Shown here: positions 23,543 through 36,580 of the stretch, piece by piece | Layout: every line of letters begins with the position of its first letter | How positions within the stretch are numbered: position 1 is the first letter of the stretch | Assembly (NCBI GenBank): GCA_958009085.1 | Contig: OY253674.1 | Span: 930,001 to 994,000 of the forward strand | DNA: 64,000 nucleotides | From: Protoeuglena noctilucae | Lineage: Eukaryota | Reading direction: 5' to 3' | Program-made: the position numbers and the translations under genes | Notes under the pieces: model-generated | Database searches by the model: none | The model's input: the letters and a program-made list of their open reading frames with translations, nothing else | Told to the model about the DNA's origin: nothing

Positions 23543-25872
23543 ATGTGCGACCGGCAGCGGCCTCCCAGGGTTGAGCTCCTCATCTGCTTTGTAGTATCCT
23601 CTGTCATTTGTGCCTTCCTGATCCGCCGGGGTCATTTCACGGAAGGTAACAGCCGCGGCCCAGCGCCCACAGGGCCGCACCACTCATGATGGCCCATCTC
23701 GCTGCTTCACTGGCCGCTGAGCGATATTCTGCTGCTCGGCAGCGTATGTGGTATGATTAATTCTGCCAACCCTTCCCTCAGCCGCCTCCTTGGGCCTACC
23801 TGTGATTGCGGGCGCCCTATTGGAGACCAACCCGGCGCTCTGCGGCCTCACTCTGGGGTGCTGCGCGCTCTCATGGTGCGTGTCGACAGTGCAACCAAGC
23901 CGGTGCCCACTCACCTCGTACGGGTCATAGAGGATGCTCTGCTGCCCCGTACGATGGAGCGTTGCGGAAGGCCGGCGCCTTGGCCCTTGCAGGACGCCTG
24001 CCGCATCCCTCCTCGCGGGGGGCTACGTGAAAGTGCTGGGGGCACCTGAGAGCTCGAGCGAAGCATGGGAGGGCCAGGACCTTCGCTTTGTGACAGCTGC
24101 CGCGGCTGCGACGATGTTGCTTGTGGCCCTGCGGCCGGCTAGCGGGTCGCTCACCCGGGCCAAGGCAGCCTGGCCCGCCGCGGCGCTGTCGGCCCTCTGC
24201 CTCGCCGTTAGGTGCGACGATCCGCGACATGGGTGGCTTGGCGCGCAACTGCCACGATGCACAACAGCAGCACAAACTCGCCCCTATCTAGTGTTCGCAG
24301 CATGAGAGGGGCTACGCGGACTGGGGCCTTCGTGACAGGCCCAGGAGCAGGCGGCGTCGCTGTTCATGCAGCCCTGGTGCTGCTGGCCTCGTGGCCTGCC
24401 GTCCCATCGACCGCGTCCCAGGCTCCACCGCTGAAAGCGGGGGAGGCGGCGCTGGTCGGACAGACGGCAGCTCTTGCGATCCGCAGCTTCCTGCGGAGCG
24501 CCTTGCGGGGTCCTGTCCCCCCAGCCCTGGCGTCAACGGCCGTGCGCTGGAACCTCGGCTGCGCCGCGACGCTCTTCGTTGTCCTCCTCTGCGCGTCCGC
24601 GATGCCGACTCGAGGGCAGACGCGCGCCGACCGCGGTCCTTCCTCTGCGTCGGCGCTGCCCTCGGAGCCTGGGCATGCTCCTCGACCGTACCGCTCCGCG
24701 CCGTCAGATGCGCGGCGGTGGCACTGGCGATGCCGCCCTTTCCTGGCAGCAGGGTTGGTGCTGGCGTCGCTCGCCGCCGTAGCGTGGTGCGGAGGTCTGT
24801 CTCTGTACGCAGCATTCACGCAGGGCCCTGCCACGCACCGCAGTCTTCTCCTGCTCTTCTGGGTGAGCGCTGCACCTGCCTGCAAGGGCGCAAGGGCTGC
24901 AGCCAAGCCAAGTCAAGGACCCTCTCGCTCTCGCCGTCTGCAGGCTCTCCTGCTGCCTGCTGGCACCTACCTCATCACCCTTGCCAAGGACAGGGCGCCT
25001 CTCGCGATCGTCCGCAAGGCCTTCCACGTCCTCCTCCTCGCGCTCGTCGTCCCAGGCCTAGCAGTAGATTGGGAGTTCACCTGCCTCGCGACTTCTGGGG
25101 CGCTCCTCCTGATGGTCTCCTTTGAGGTGGGGCTCGCACTGCCAGCGAGACGCGTATGTGGGCTCGTCATGCATCGTTCTGCTCGGTGACGGGCCTGAGG
25201 CTGTTAACTTCCGGTCCTCTCTGCAGATCTTTCGCATGGCCCGCGGCGATGGGCCTGCTGTGGTCGCAACACCCCGGGGCGGCAGGGCCTTGCTCAGCCT
25301 CGTCGACGACGTCGCGGACGCCATGCGGGTGTTCACCGACGATAGGGACGCCGAGGAGCTGGTGGTGAGAGTCTCGCGGTGGTGCTGAAGGCGCGGACGC
25401 CGGCTGCTGCGCGGGAGCACACTGCTTGCTTGTGCGCTCGCACCTGCAGGTGACCCATCTGTCTCTTTTTGCGGGCTCATTGACCCCCCTGTGGTTCGCG
25501 TACCTTTTCCTCTCTCGCCCGGACGCGCCTGGCGTCCCTCACTTGGCCCCCGTGTATGGCCTGGGCGGTCTACTCGTCCTTTGTGTCGGGGATACCCTGG
25601 CGGCGGTGGTGGGCTCCCTGGGTGGCCGCACCCCGATCCTCCCGGGCTCTCGCAAAACGGTGGAAGGCTTCGTGGGGGGCCTGCTCGGCTGCTGGGCAGC
25701 GCTGCTCGCCGCAGAGGTTGCGGCGGGGCGTGCACCAAGGTTGCAGAGTGCGCTCACGTCTCTCGCGCTCTGCACGCTGCCGTCCGGTTCTGAGGCCCTG
25801 CTAGTGCAGCTGGACAACCTCTTCCTTCCCGCCTTCATGTCACTCGGCATGGCAGTTTTCTTGCCAGCGTAA
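23543..25872 (+). CDS. DOLK: Dolichol kinase (CTP-dependent)
   Basis: IVRKAFH, FTDDRDAEELV/VTHLSL, LCVGDTLAAVVGSLGGR, GSRKTVEG and QLDNLFLP; six GT-AG introns. First exon MCDRQRPPRVELLICFVV. Confidence 0.88.
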
Positions 25873-27387
25873 CGACTCACCACGCTTGGTCGCTGGACCG
25901 TGTCGTTTGCAACCTTGGTCACGCACACGCCGTGCACTGCGCCATCATTTCAGGCCTTCACTTCAACCAAAACCGCCGTAATTGGATGCTCCAATTGTCG
26001 TATGCCCGTCTGGCCAATGTGCAGAGCTTGCACAACGACGGATCAAGCAATGTCCAGATGCCTGGGCGTCATCAAATGGAGAGCAGAGAAACGGAGGTAA
26101 CAGAGGGCACAAAAGACCAAGCAATCGGTAATAGGCACGGGCGCCTCATCTGCAAGGAACATGGCATGCCTGGAAGGTGCAGGGACACGTCCCTCACCAG
26201 GCAATGGGAGTTGCCAAAGGCATCCTCCTTGGGGGGTGAAGCCAGTGGAAACAGCCAGCAAGAAAAGATGGCACGTCCGCATTGCAAGTGGGCACTCAGA
26301 ATTGCACACCGGGGGAACGGCGTGGTGCAAGGGCAGTCGGATGTGCCTGATGCCTCTTGGAGGCAGGTGCCAGACAAGCAAGCTGGGCCAGGCGCCCTGC
26401 CAATAGCACGAAACCTCGCCACGCGGCAGACGCTCCCCAAAGCTCTCACGCCCGTCCATGTCGAGGCATGCCTGTCGCAGGCGGCGCTGGCAGGCTGCCA
26501 GGAGGAGGCGGCGCGGTGGGCAATGGCCCAACAAAGGAGGCCGTTGCTAGGTGCCTGAGGCGTGGCCTGCAATGCGGCAAAAGCAGAGGCTGTTGACGGG
26601 GATGTGCCCGCAGGGATTCTGCGTCACCTAGCCGACCAGCCCAGGTGTTGGTCAGATGCCACAACTGGCCGATGCAGCTCTCAAACTCGCGTGCACGGAG
26701 CCGGTGGCCGGGGGCACCAGCGCAAAGGCGCGAGGAGACTGGCTCAATGGGTCGGGTAGGGCGCGGGGCACACGCGGTGCCCCTGGCAAGCCGCGGAGCC
26801 CTTGTCCCCGAGGGGAGGCGCCTCGGGATGGGAGGCGTGGGACAGCCACAGCCACAGCCCACGCAGGAACGAGCAGGCATTGCCGATCGCCTACATCTAA
26901 ACTCGGACACAACAGCGACAAAGGACGGCAGTTCGGCGCCATGCGGCAGGTCCGAAAACGACGCGCGCGAACCCCAATGGTCAGGGCCGTTGCTCTGCAC
27001 GCTCGAGTGAGACCCACCCGCGAGAGCAGGAGCTCACACTGGCCGGACAGGCGCCCACAAGAAAGGGCTGGCACCTTGCGGGGACGACACCTCCCTGCTC
27101 ATGTGGGCAGGGGAGGCGTGCTGAACATGCACGACAAGCGCAACGGGGGAAAAGCGGCGGGCGCATGGGCGCTTTGCCACGAATGGCATGGGATGGGGGA
27201 GGAAAGGGTTTGGGCAAAGCCCTCGACAGTGTGAAGGGCGGTGTAAAGGGGGCTGCAGCGGACACGAGTCCCACTGCTGTGTACTGTCGCGAGGCAACGG
27301 CGGCAAGGCAAGGAAGAGAAGTGGGATCTGGCAGGACCGGCCTGCTGCCCCGGCTGGCCCGCCAAGCAGGGCGGGCGGCTGCCGGTG

Positions 27388-30204
27388 TCAGGGTCGTGGC
27401 GGCCTGTCCGAGAGGGGCGCTTGGCGCTGCACGGGCCCCGCCGGCGCGTGGTCGACGCTGCCGTGGAAGGATCCCGACGGCACGCGGGACAGGCGCGGCG
27501 GGGACGGGTCGCCACGGTTGTCGCCGGGAGACCCGAAGGACGCCCCCGAGCCACGGCGTGGGGACGGGATGACGGCGCTGCCCTGCCGCAGGGCCTCTAA
27601 GCTTGTGCGGGACGTCACGCTGCGGTGTAGTCGGCGGGGCCGGGGCCAGTCAGACGGTCACAGCCAAAGCACGTGCATGTGACATCACGGAGTGCAGTGC
27701 ATTGCGCCATGCACGAAGCAGAGGTGTGGCGCATGCGGGAACTTCGTGGCACTCAGCAAGGCTGCAAGCGTGAGTCGTCCGAGCTGACGAGGCACAGGGA
27801 GGGATGCCAGCCCCTGGGCGCACCTGGCAGGTCCTGACCCCATGTGGCTGCCGTCGTGAGACGCGACCCGCCGTCCGCCCAGCACCGATCGACGGGCCTG
27901 GACGACGCGTCGTACCAGGGGGACGACGTCGGCCCTCCATGCCAGGATGGGCGCGGGCCTGTCGGCGTGCAGCGTGACAAAGGGCACGGGCTCCACCAGG
28001 GCGCGCGTCATGGCTTCCTTCGCCCAGCTCCGGAAGTTCTGGCTCGCCTCGTCCATGCTGCGGGGATGACAAGGCCGCAGAGAGTCCTGGGTTGGCGCAG
28101 GCCACGAATCTGGCAGGGTTGACTGCTTCCCGTGTGCACCCCACCTGACCCTCGCCGAGCTAGTCCCGATCGACATGAGGCCAGGGGAAAGCGCGTCGCC
28201 CAGGTTGGACGCCCCCGGAGTGCCCGGCCTGGTTGCTGGCCTCGAGTCCGACTCTGTCCGCATCGACACGGGGAGGACGGGCTCAGCCACGTCGGGGGTC
28301 TGCAGCGGGGAGAGCGGGCGTGGCGTGGAGGGCACGGCGTTGCATGCATGGGGCGCCCAGGAGCGGACATCGGCCGACGCGCCGGCAGCACCCGCCCGCA
28401 CCTGCGCGTCCAGCCGGTCCGTGCACGCGTCGAGGACGGCCTGGAAGACCCTATTCCTGATGGCGTCGTCGTAGTACGACTCGACCATGACGAAGGAGAC
28501 AGCGCCCTTGTCGCCCAGGATCGCGTTCCCACGGGCGTGCACCCAGATGACCGTCTGGTCCGCGCCAGACTTGACGCGGCGGAACTCCATGCTCACCACG
28601 ACGGAGGTGTAGTCCGCGCTCGTGGCAAGCTTCTGCTTGCTGGCGGCCAGCACGTGCATCACGTGCTCCTTGTCCGCCGGGGCGACCGTGGCCAGGACAG
28701 ACAGGCCCTGGAGCGCCTCACGAGAGCAGTTGAGCAGGCCGAGGCAGCCGTGGGAAGCACGATTCACGATGCCCTCCGAGGTGTACTCGATGACCATTTC
28801 CATGGCCTGGTCCGAGATTAAGGAGGGCACGTGCAAGTCGATCAACGACGCCCCTGCACAGAAGACGAGGGGTCGGTAACCTCATTGCTATGGCTGCCGA
28901 CTGCTCAGGCGACACGCCGTTCTACACGGAGCTGAAGGCAGCGCGCCCGTCCAAGGCACGTCCATCATCCTGTCGCGGACCATGAGGGCGCACGCCAGCA
29001 GTGGCAGCTTGCGCACCTGTGGTGACGACCTCCTTCTCGATCACGGCGATGCGCATGAGGCTGCGGCTCTCCGCATGGCCGGGGTCCACGGGCTGGGGTG
29101 ACGGCCACGGCATGGCGGGTCGCGACAGGGCGGCTGGAGTCCCCTGGCTGAGGCCCATGCTCATGGTCATCAGCTGGTGTTGCAGGGTTTCCACCGAAGG
29201 CATGGACCCGGGTATGGAGGGGTAGATGTATCCGTGCACCGGGTCAGCGACAAACGGTGGGTACATCTGCGGGCCTCGGAAGCGCAGGTGGCACGTCACA
29301 CCTCTGCCAACCCCGTTATGGCAGTAACCCTCAAGCATTCGACACACTCTCGTGTCCCCAACCTCCGCGCTCAACGAACTGCGGCCCCCCACCTGGGTCG
29401 CCATGACGGGAGCTTGGTGGTAGGCGGGCACGAACGTCGCGGGCAGCGCGCTTTGCATATGTGACTGCATTGCGTACGAGATCATGTCCGACAGGGCCTG
29501 CTGGCTCGCGAGGCGCTGCGGTGCCTGGACCCCGTGCATGGGGAACTGCCCCGTTGGGAGCCAGTCCGAGGTCGCAGGCGCCGAGGTGCCCGCGTTGCCC
29601 GAGCCGGACGACGCCTGCGGAAAGCAGGGTCCGGGGCAGTCAGCGACCGTGGCCACGTGTTCGCGGGCGCGCACGTGGCTGCACAAGTGCGTCGCAGAGA
29701 CCCGCCGCACACAACCCGCTGGCCCCGTCGACTGCGGGCCCCCACCGGCGCCCCGCAGCGTGCCTAAGGGCGAAATAGTGCGTCACCTCTGCAGGCTTCT
29801 GGACGATGGCGCGTGCCTCCGCCTCCACGAGCAGCAACTTGCCCTGCGCCGTCAAACGGCGGTACACGGCGCGCGCGTTCCCGGGCTGATCGAGCTGCTC
29901 GGCCTGCCGGATCATGCCAAGGACGTGGGGATGATCTTCCTCGGGGATGAGCTCCAGGAACGGCTTCTGCACGATGGCGGCCTTCTTGTAGCCGACGACA
30001 TCGAAGCAGTTGTGGGAGGCCCAGCAGATCGTCAGGTTGGTGTCCACCTCATACCACACCTCCCTGCAGCACACCAGAGGCTGAGGATGCTGGCGGGGGG
30101 CGCCCCGGGCACCGGAGCGGCCGTTGGCGGTACGACCGCCGAGCAGCCCCGCCGCCCCGGAGGTTGCCAGCGGCGCGGCATCCCGCGCTGGAGGATGGGC
30201 CCAT
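27388..30204 (-). CDS. Two-PAS-domain protein with no recognisable output domain
   Basis: PAS1 TICWASHNCFDVVGY...FLELIPEED and PAS2 IVNRASHGCLGLLNCS...IWVHARG, separated by a Q/P/M-rich linker. About 7 introns; start at 30204 is tentative. Confidence 0.75.
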
Positions 30205-31080
30205 CGATTCGATTACCAATGTGTAGCGCAAAGGAGGGCGCCGCGACCCGGAACTCGCGCGCGAGCGGGTCGGCGGGGCTCGACGGCCAGAATGAAATTC
30301 GCCGCAACGACACAGGGAGCCGGCGCGCACCAGGCCGCCCCGGCAAGACGGAATACCGAGCGCGTGGGGCGGGACCCCAAAGAGGCGGGCGGGCGGCTGG
30401 CGACGGAGGGCGTCACCTGGAGAGGGCCTGGAAGGTCGCGAGCCCCCACATGCCGCCCCTGCGACCAGCACGAGAAGCGCGATCCCCGAAAGCGAGACGC
30501 GGACGGGTTGGGTTACCACCCCGAGCCGGGAGATGTCCCCGGTTGTCGCATGCCGCAACAAGGAACGCGCCGTAGGAAGCGGGGAGTCGAGCCTCTCGTA
30601 CCTTCATATGCGCGCGCGTAGCTGGCCGGGAAGATCGGCGAGGCCAGGGTGATCCCTGGGGCCCCCGTGGAAAACGCCACCGAGGGGCGCTGTTCCCGGC
30701 CCCGGCTGCTGCACGGAGTAAGCTCTCACTGATCGCACAGATGCATTTGAGCGGCGGGTCGCCCGGGGGCATCCAAATGCGAGTGAACCCTATATTTTGA
30801 GCGGGACAGGCCGGATGCGACGCCTATCACCGCCAGTGCGTTTGTTGTCGAAATGCGATGCGAATGCCGCCTTCCGGCCGATATCGAGCCCCGCACGTCA
30901 GGAGGTTATACCCAGTACGCCCGAGACGAATTGGCCGGATTGCATTTCTGGACGCATGTCGGCGCTGCGATTGCCCACGACGGGCTGCTCACATCGCTGT
31001 CGTCCGCTGCGGGGTGTCCACAGCGCTGTCGTTCGCTGCGGGGCACTGCACGGTCTCTTTTGTAGCGCTGCAGAGTCGCA

Positions 31081-32578
31081 ATGGCGGATGCGCTGTCGGA
31101 GGCCGTGGCTGCAGTCCGCGAGGCCACGCGAGACTTGCCGCTGAGCCTGGCCAGGTCGAGCGACGTGCTGCTCGCGGGGGTGCAGGAGGCGGGCGACGCC
31201 GCCCAGGCTCTCGCTCGTGGGGAGGCGCGCGAGCCTGCGCTCTGGCCGCTGCAAGACCTGGTGCGGCAGATGGAGGCGTCCGCGTCCAAGGCGGACCCGC
31301 TGGTCAACTACCACAAGGCGCTTGCCGAATACGCCCAAGGCCTGCTGTATCCCGCAGCGACAGGTGCCGACGACGTTGCTCCCACGCCTGTGTGGTCATG
31401 GAGCACCCAGCGTTCCAGTCTCTGGCGCCCTCACCCCGATGCTTCCTTCCGCATCCAGGCGATGCGGCGAGCCACGTGCAGTTTTGCTGGGAGAGCGCGG
31501 AGTTCTACTTGGTCAAGGCCCAGCGCGAAGCCCGGCAGAGGTCCAGCGAGGCGGCCGAGCTATCCTGGATCAAGGCTCTTCGCAACCTCCACCAGGCCCT
31601 GATCAAGCACCTGCGGCAAAGGTCCGCCACGGTGCAGGGGAAGGCAGGCGCTTCGTCCCACTCAGCAAGGCAGGGCCCAGACGCATCCACCAGTGCCCCC
31701 AGCGGCACGCGTGCGATGCCGGCCACGCCCTCGGTCCCTGCCAGCAAGGGTGTGCCGCCTCCGCCGGCTCCACCCGTGAACGTGGCTGCGATGCTTGCGG
31801 CGACCGCGAACAAGTCTGCCGCCCGGAAAGAGACACCCGGAGGCGCGGGAGGGGCGGGTGGGGCTGCCGGGGGCCTCGGTGCGCTGTTCGAGGAGATCAA
31901 GACGGGTGTGTCACTGCGGCCGGTGCAGCGGGGTGCCGGCCGGGGGGCAGCGGCGCAACCGGCTGGGAAGGGCAGAGCAGGAAGGCAGGTCGAGGTGCGG
32001 CAGGGCACCATCACGCTGGAGGGCGGGAAGCGGTGGGTGGTGCGAGGTTACTCGGGCGTCGACGGCTCGGTCGCGGTCCAGGGCGTCAGCCTTTCCCAGG
32101 CTGTCCATGTGACGGAGTGCTGCGAGAGCATGGTCTCGGTGGATGGCAAGGTCAACGCGGTCACGATGGAGCAGTGCACGGGGGCGGGGCTCCTCCTCGA
32201 CTCGGTGGTCTCCCGAGTCGAGGTCCTGGGGTGCCGCAGGTGCAAGGTCCAGTGCACCGGCACGGCTCCGCTCTTTGAGCTAGATAACTGCGAGGAGATC
32301 ACCCTCTACTTGTCTGCCGAGGCTGCCGCGGGGTGCCAGGTGCGCCTGTGCGGCTGAGGTCGGGTTGCCTTGGCCTGCCCCTTGGCGCCTTGCCGTGACA
32401 GTGCGCCCTCGGGCACCCCTCGCCGCAGATTGTCACGTCCCGTAGCGCGAGCATCTTGGTGGCCGTCGTGGAGGGCGCTGGCCACGACATCCAGGAGATG
32501 CGGATTCCGGAGCAGCTGGTCACGAAAGTCGTGGATGGCAAGCTGCAATGTGCGCCGGTCGACCAAGGCTGGGAGTGA
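31081..32578 (+). CDS. CAP1: Adenylyl cyclase-associated protein (CAP/Srv2)
   Basis: CWESAEFY, poly-Pro, WH2 ALFEEIKTGVSLRPV, CARP beta-helix GKVNAVTMEQC, and EMRIPEQLVT. Confidence 0.9.
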
Positions 32579-32691
32579 GGACGTCGCAGCAGGAGGCCTG
32601 GACGGCCATCCTGGCCTTAGAAGAGACAAGATTCAGAGTCACGCGCCCCAGGCCTGCCCGAGCGCAACTAGTGTGGGCGATGAAACGTCTT

Positions 32692-33813
32692 CTACTTGCC
32701 CTTCTTGCCCTCCTTGAGCTTGATCTCCTCGTCCGCGTACCGGATGCCCTTGCCCCCGTAGGGCTCCGGGGGCCGCAGCCTCCGCAGTTCCGCGCAGAAA
32801 GTCCCCACCGCGCACTGCGGGCACGCGCCCCGCGGGCTGTCAGGCCGTCGGCGTCACCGAAAAAGGTGCGGGGCTCGACGCTGGCACGTCAGTGGTCTGT
32901 GACGCAGCAGGTCCCAGCGGCCCTGCCAGGTCGGGCGCACCTTGTCCAAACCCCAGACGCTCAGGTCCGTCTGCTTGTCCACCTTGACCGTCATCCCCTT
33001 GGGGATCTCGACCTCCACGGGGTGCGACAGCCCGAGCGTGAACTGCAGCTTCGTCCCCTGCACCTGGGCACGGTACCCCACCCCCACGAGCCGGAGCTCC
33101 CGCGTGAAGCCCTGCGTCACGCCCTTCACCATGTTCGCCGCCAGCGCACGGTACAGCCCGTGCATCTGACGAGCCCGCTTCGTGTCCTGCGGCCCGGGAG
33201 CGGAAGCCGTCAGGCCCTCCCACTTCGGCCAGGCGGCCGGCACCCTGGGCGCGGGCGAAGCGTGCGGGGGGCGCGGGCACCTTCATCGGCTTCACCCGCA
33301 GCACGTTGTCCGTCAGCTCAATGGTGACGTCCTCCTCGTAGGGCATGGTGAGCTCGCCCTTCGGACCCTGCAGGCAGGGACGCCGAGCTTTCCGGGAAGG
33401 TCCGCGAGGTTTCCCAGCAGCAGCAAGTATACAACGAAGCCGACACAGCACCCCGGCGACCCCGCCCGCGTCGTCTCGGGGGGCTGGTGGCCCACGGCGC
33501 CTTCATCCGTTCCCCCCGCTGCCCGTGGGGCGGGTAGCCGCCGCATCTAGTCCCGACGCACGGGCATCGAAGCCGTGCGACAAATCAGGCTCGTCCGCGG
33601 CGGCGAGCGGGGGGACGCCGCGACAGACGCCCGGCCCACCTTCACGCCGACGACCCCCTTGTCCACCTTGACCGTCACGCCGGAAGGAATCTTCACCGGC
33701 TGCTTTCCGATGCGGCTCTGGGATGCCGCCACCGCCACCGGCCCCGCGCGGCCGGCACGCACCGGGGCTGGGGCCCGGAGGCCCAGCTGCGCCCCAGCAA
33801 CGCTCGCCAGCAT
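32692..33813 (-). CDS. rpl6: Nucleus-encoded plastid 50S ribosomal protein L6
   Basis: Transit peptide, [41 protein letters not shown]. Confidence 0.95.
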
Positions 33814-34116
33814 TTTCCTCCACACTCAGCGACTGAGAGGCGCGGGGGGACGCCGCGCGGCAGCAGAAGACGGAGGGGTAATGCCCTGCAAGTACACACG
33901 GGAGCCCCCGACACGTCGGCCAGTTGTAGGCCTCGAAAGCCCGTCTCCGGTCAGCTAGGAGGATGTGCGGTGTCACCGCCCGCGACGGCGACCGTGCCCT
34001 GTCCATCAGCGACCGTCCTAGCACCGAAACCCTGCGAGGGCGGGGGGAACTTCCTGCCAGAGAGCTCACCGCGGATTGCGTGGCTCGGGTGGCCTCGTCT
34101 CCTCGCATGAAGGGGG

Positions 34117-34978
34117 ATGCCGGGCGTCCTGCAGAGCCTCTGCGACGCGATTGAGGGGGTGCAACCCTCGCCGAGCATAGGAACCCGCACGTTTGCGGAC
34201 GCCTGCTCGCACCTCACGCCTCTCCTCGACGAGCTGGGTGAGACCGTCGCCGCTAACATCCGCAAGACCCCACCTGCTATCCCTCCCAGCGCGCTTCCCT
34301 TCGGCACGGACTTGCAGGCTCCGTGTTCGGCTTTGCCAAGGCTGACTTTGTGGACAAGCGCAACGACCTCCTGGGGTGCTCGGGCCAGTTCCCGACCCTC
34401 GATCTCCTCGTGGCGGCGGACAAGGAGGCAGGTGAGTCGAGGGCAGGGTCCACTCCGACCGTACCACACCGTGGGTCGACGCGTCGTCGGCCACCGTGCC
34501 CTGCCCATGCGTCCCCGCTCTCAGGGACGGTGGCGACGAGGGGGAGCCACGCGCGGAACCTGGACCGCCTGAAGAACGCCCTCAAGTTTCTGCAGCTCCT
34601 CTTCGTGAACCTGCTGGATGACCCCGATGGTTCCATGCACCAGTGTGCCAGCAAGGCGTACGAGGAGAGCATGGCCTACTCCCACACGATGCCGGTCCGC
34701 CTGGCTGTCAAGGTGGCACAGCCTGAGCGGGGCCACTGCGCACTTGAGGCCCCACCTCGAGGGCCACAGGGGGTCGCGTGCCGCTCAATGCATGTCTCCC
34801 TCCCCGCCCGGTGCAGGCTGGCTTGCTGTGGCTGCCGTCCAGGGCCAAATTCCTTCAACGCATCGGTGAGACGGACGCGTCGGCAGCAGCGGCCGCGGCC
34901 AAGTTCGTCCGAGTGGCAACCGCGGTCGTTCAGCACGTCGAGAGCCTCTACGACGGCCCCATCCCGGCCTTAGCATGA
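34117..34978 (+). CDS. Glycolipid/ceramide-1-phosphate transfer protein, ACD11-like
   Basis: GSVFGFAKADFVDK, GSHARNLDRLKNAL, KAYEESMAYSH, WLPSRAKFL. Confidence 0.85.
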
Positions 34979-35065
34979 CAAGACGCGCGCTTTCCACGCA
35001 CGCTTAGGTTGGAACCCCCTCTGAAGCCACGGCGTTCCAACCGGCTGGCGCCACCGCACCCAGGC

Positions 35066-36159
35066 TCAGTACGGCGCCCAGCGGCCCCGGCCCCGGCCCC
35101 TCCCCCGCCCGCCCATGCCCATGCCCATCCCCCCAAAGCCCATCATCATAGGCACAGGCATTATGACCATCCCGCCCCTCCCATACATGAAGCCCCCACG
35201 CCCCCTCCCCCGTGTCTTCATCCCGGGCACGTTGGTGCGCTGCGGGCCCGAGGAGAGGCGGCAGCGAGTGACGGCCCCGCATCCTGATCGCTCAGCGCTC
35301 GCGCTTTGCCGGGACAAAAACTTTGCTCTGTTGCCCCCGCACCTTGTGCGTGACCTTGATTTCCCGCCCACGGAGCGTTGTCCCCGTCACGTTGAGCGCG
35401 GCCGCCACCGATTCCTCGTTCTCGAACTCCACGTACGCGAACCCCTTGGGCTTATCGCCCTTGTCCGTCGGGATGGTGATCTGGTTGACCGTCCCACACG
35501 CCTGGAACAAGCTCTGGAGCTCCTCCGGGGTCACGGCGTAGTCCACGTTCCCCACAAACACGGACCGCTTGTCTCTTGCCCTCTTCTCCTCCTCCGTAAG
35601 AAAAACGCGCTCTCCGGCTGCGGGCGTGCGCCAGACATCCCCTTGCCCCCGCTGTGCGCCAAACTTCCCGTCCCCGCAGCCGGGCGACCAGCAACCGCCC
35701 GATGCGGCGTCCCAAATCGAAGATACGAGATAGAGGGCGCATTAGAGTGAAGCCATGTGCGCTTACAGGGTCTCTGCGGGCCACCGCTGCCAGCGGCGTG
35801 CCCGTGCACACTGCTTCGGCGTGCTAGCGCCTCACCCCCGGCCTCCGCCTGAGGCGCAGCCCCCAGCCGCTCCTTCATCTTCGCCTCCTCATCGTCGATG
35901 TCCTCCTTCTTTTTGTCTGCGGCGCCGCGATCTGGGGATCCGGCAAACGCCCCAGCGCCCGCTCCCGCGCGGCCGCAGCCTTCGCCACAGCCACGGCAGG
36001 GCCCAACGAGAGACTCGAAACCGAGATCAGTCCTCGGCAGCCACGCAACCACTCACCTCCCCCCGCCTTGCCTGGGGCAGCCGTGTTGCCACCGTGGGCC
36101 TGCCCCTCGTCCTCCAGCTCCACATCAGGGACCTCGCCACCGTAGTCCTCCTCGTTCAT
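35066..36159 (-). CDS. PABPN1: Nuclear poly(A)-binding protein (PABN/PABP2)
   Basis: DKRSVFVGNVDY, PKGFAYVEF, K/RTNVPGMK, RGG-rich tail ending WAPY. Confidence 0.93.
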
Positions 36160-36580
36160 GGCAGCCAGCTGCTTTCTGTTCGGCAAACCAGGGTCGACGC
36201 TCCACGGATTCGCCAAAAGAAAACCCGCTCCTCGCTTGCTGCAACTGGACGCGCAAGACAGCCGTGGGAGGGCGAACACAGCGCAGAAACGCCGGCGGAT
36301 TTAGCCTAACCGGTCTGACTAACTTGCCGGTCTGACTTTGCACCTACCTTCGATCTCCTCCCTCCGCGCTTGTCCCGCACGCAGCAAAGACTGCCGAGAA
36401 CATGGAGCCCTGAACGGCGGCAGTAGAATCTTCCTTTATTGCTCCTCGCGCATGCACTACATGCCATGCCGACAGCTGGAATGAGGCAGGGCCCCCGCCC
36501 GCTCCCGCCGACCTGTTTCCACTGACCTTCCTTTGACAACATTTCCGTGCCGGGGGCCAAGTGCCGGGGGCCCGCGTGCC

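Noticed and set aside
25932..26558. 208-aa plus-strand ORF after DOLK
   Set aside because: No motif, atypical codon usage and a non-ATG start; not supportable as a CDS.
35766..35780. Possible microexon (cag-AGACCCT-gtaag, minus strand) in the PABN intron
   Set aside because: Seven nt would break the frame, while direct phase-1 splicing of 35835-35619 restores it.
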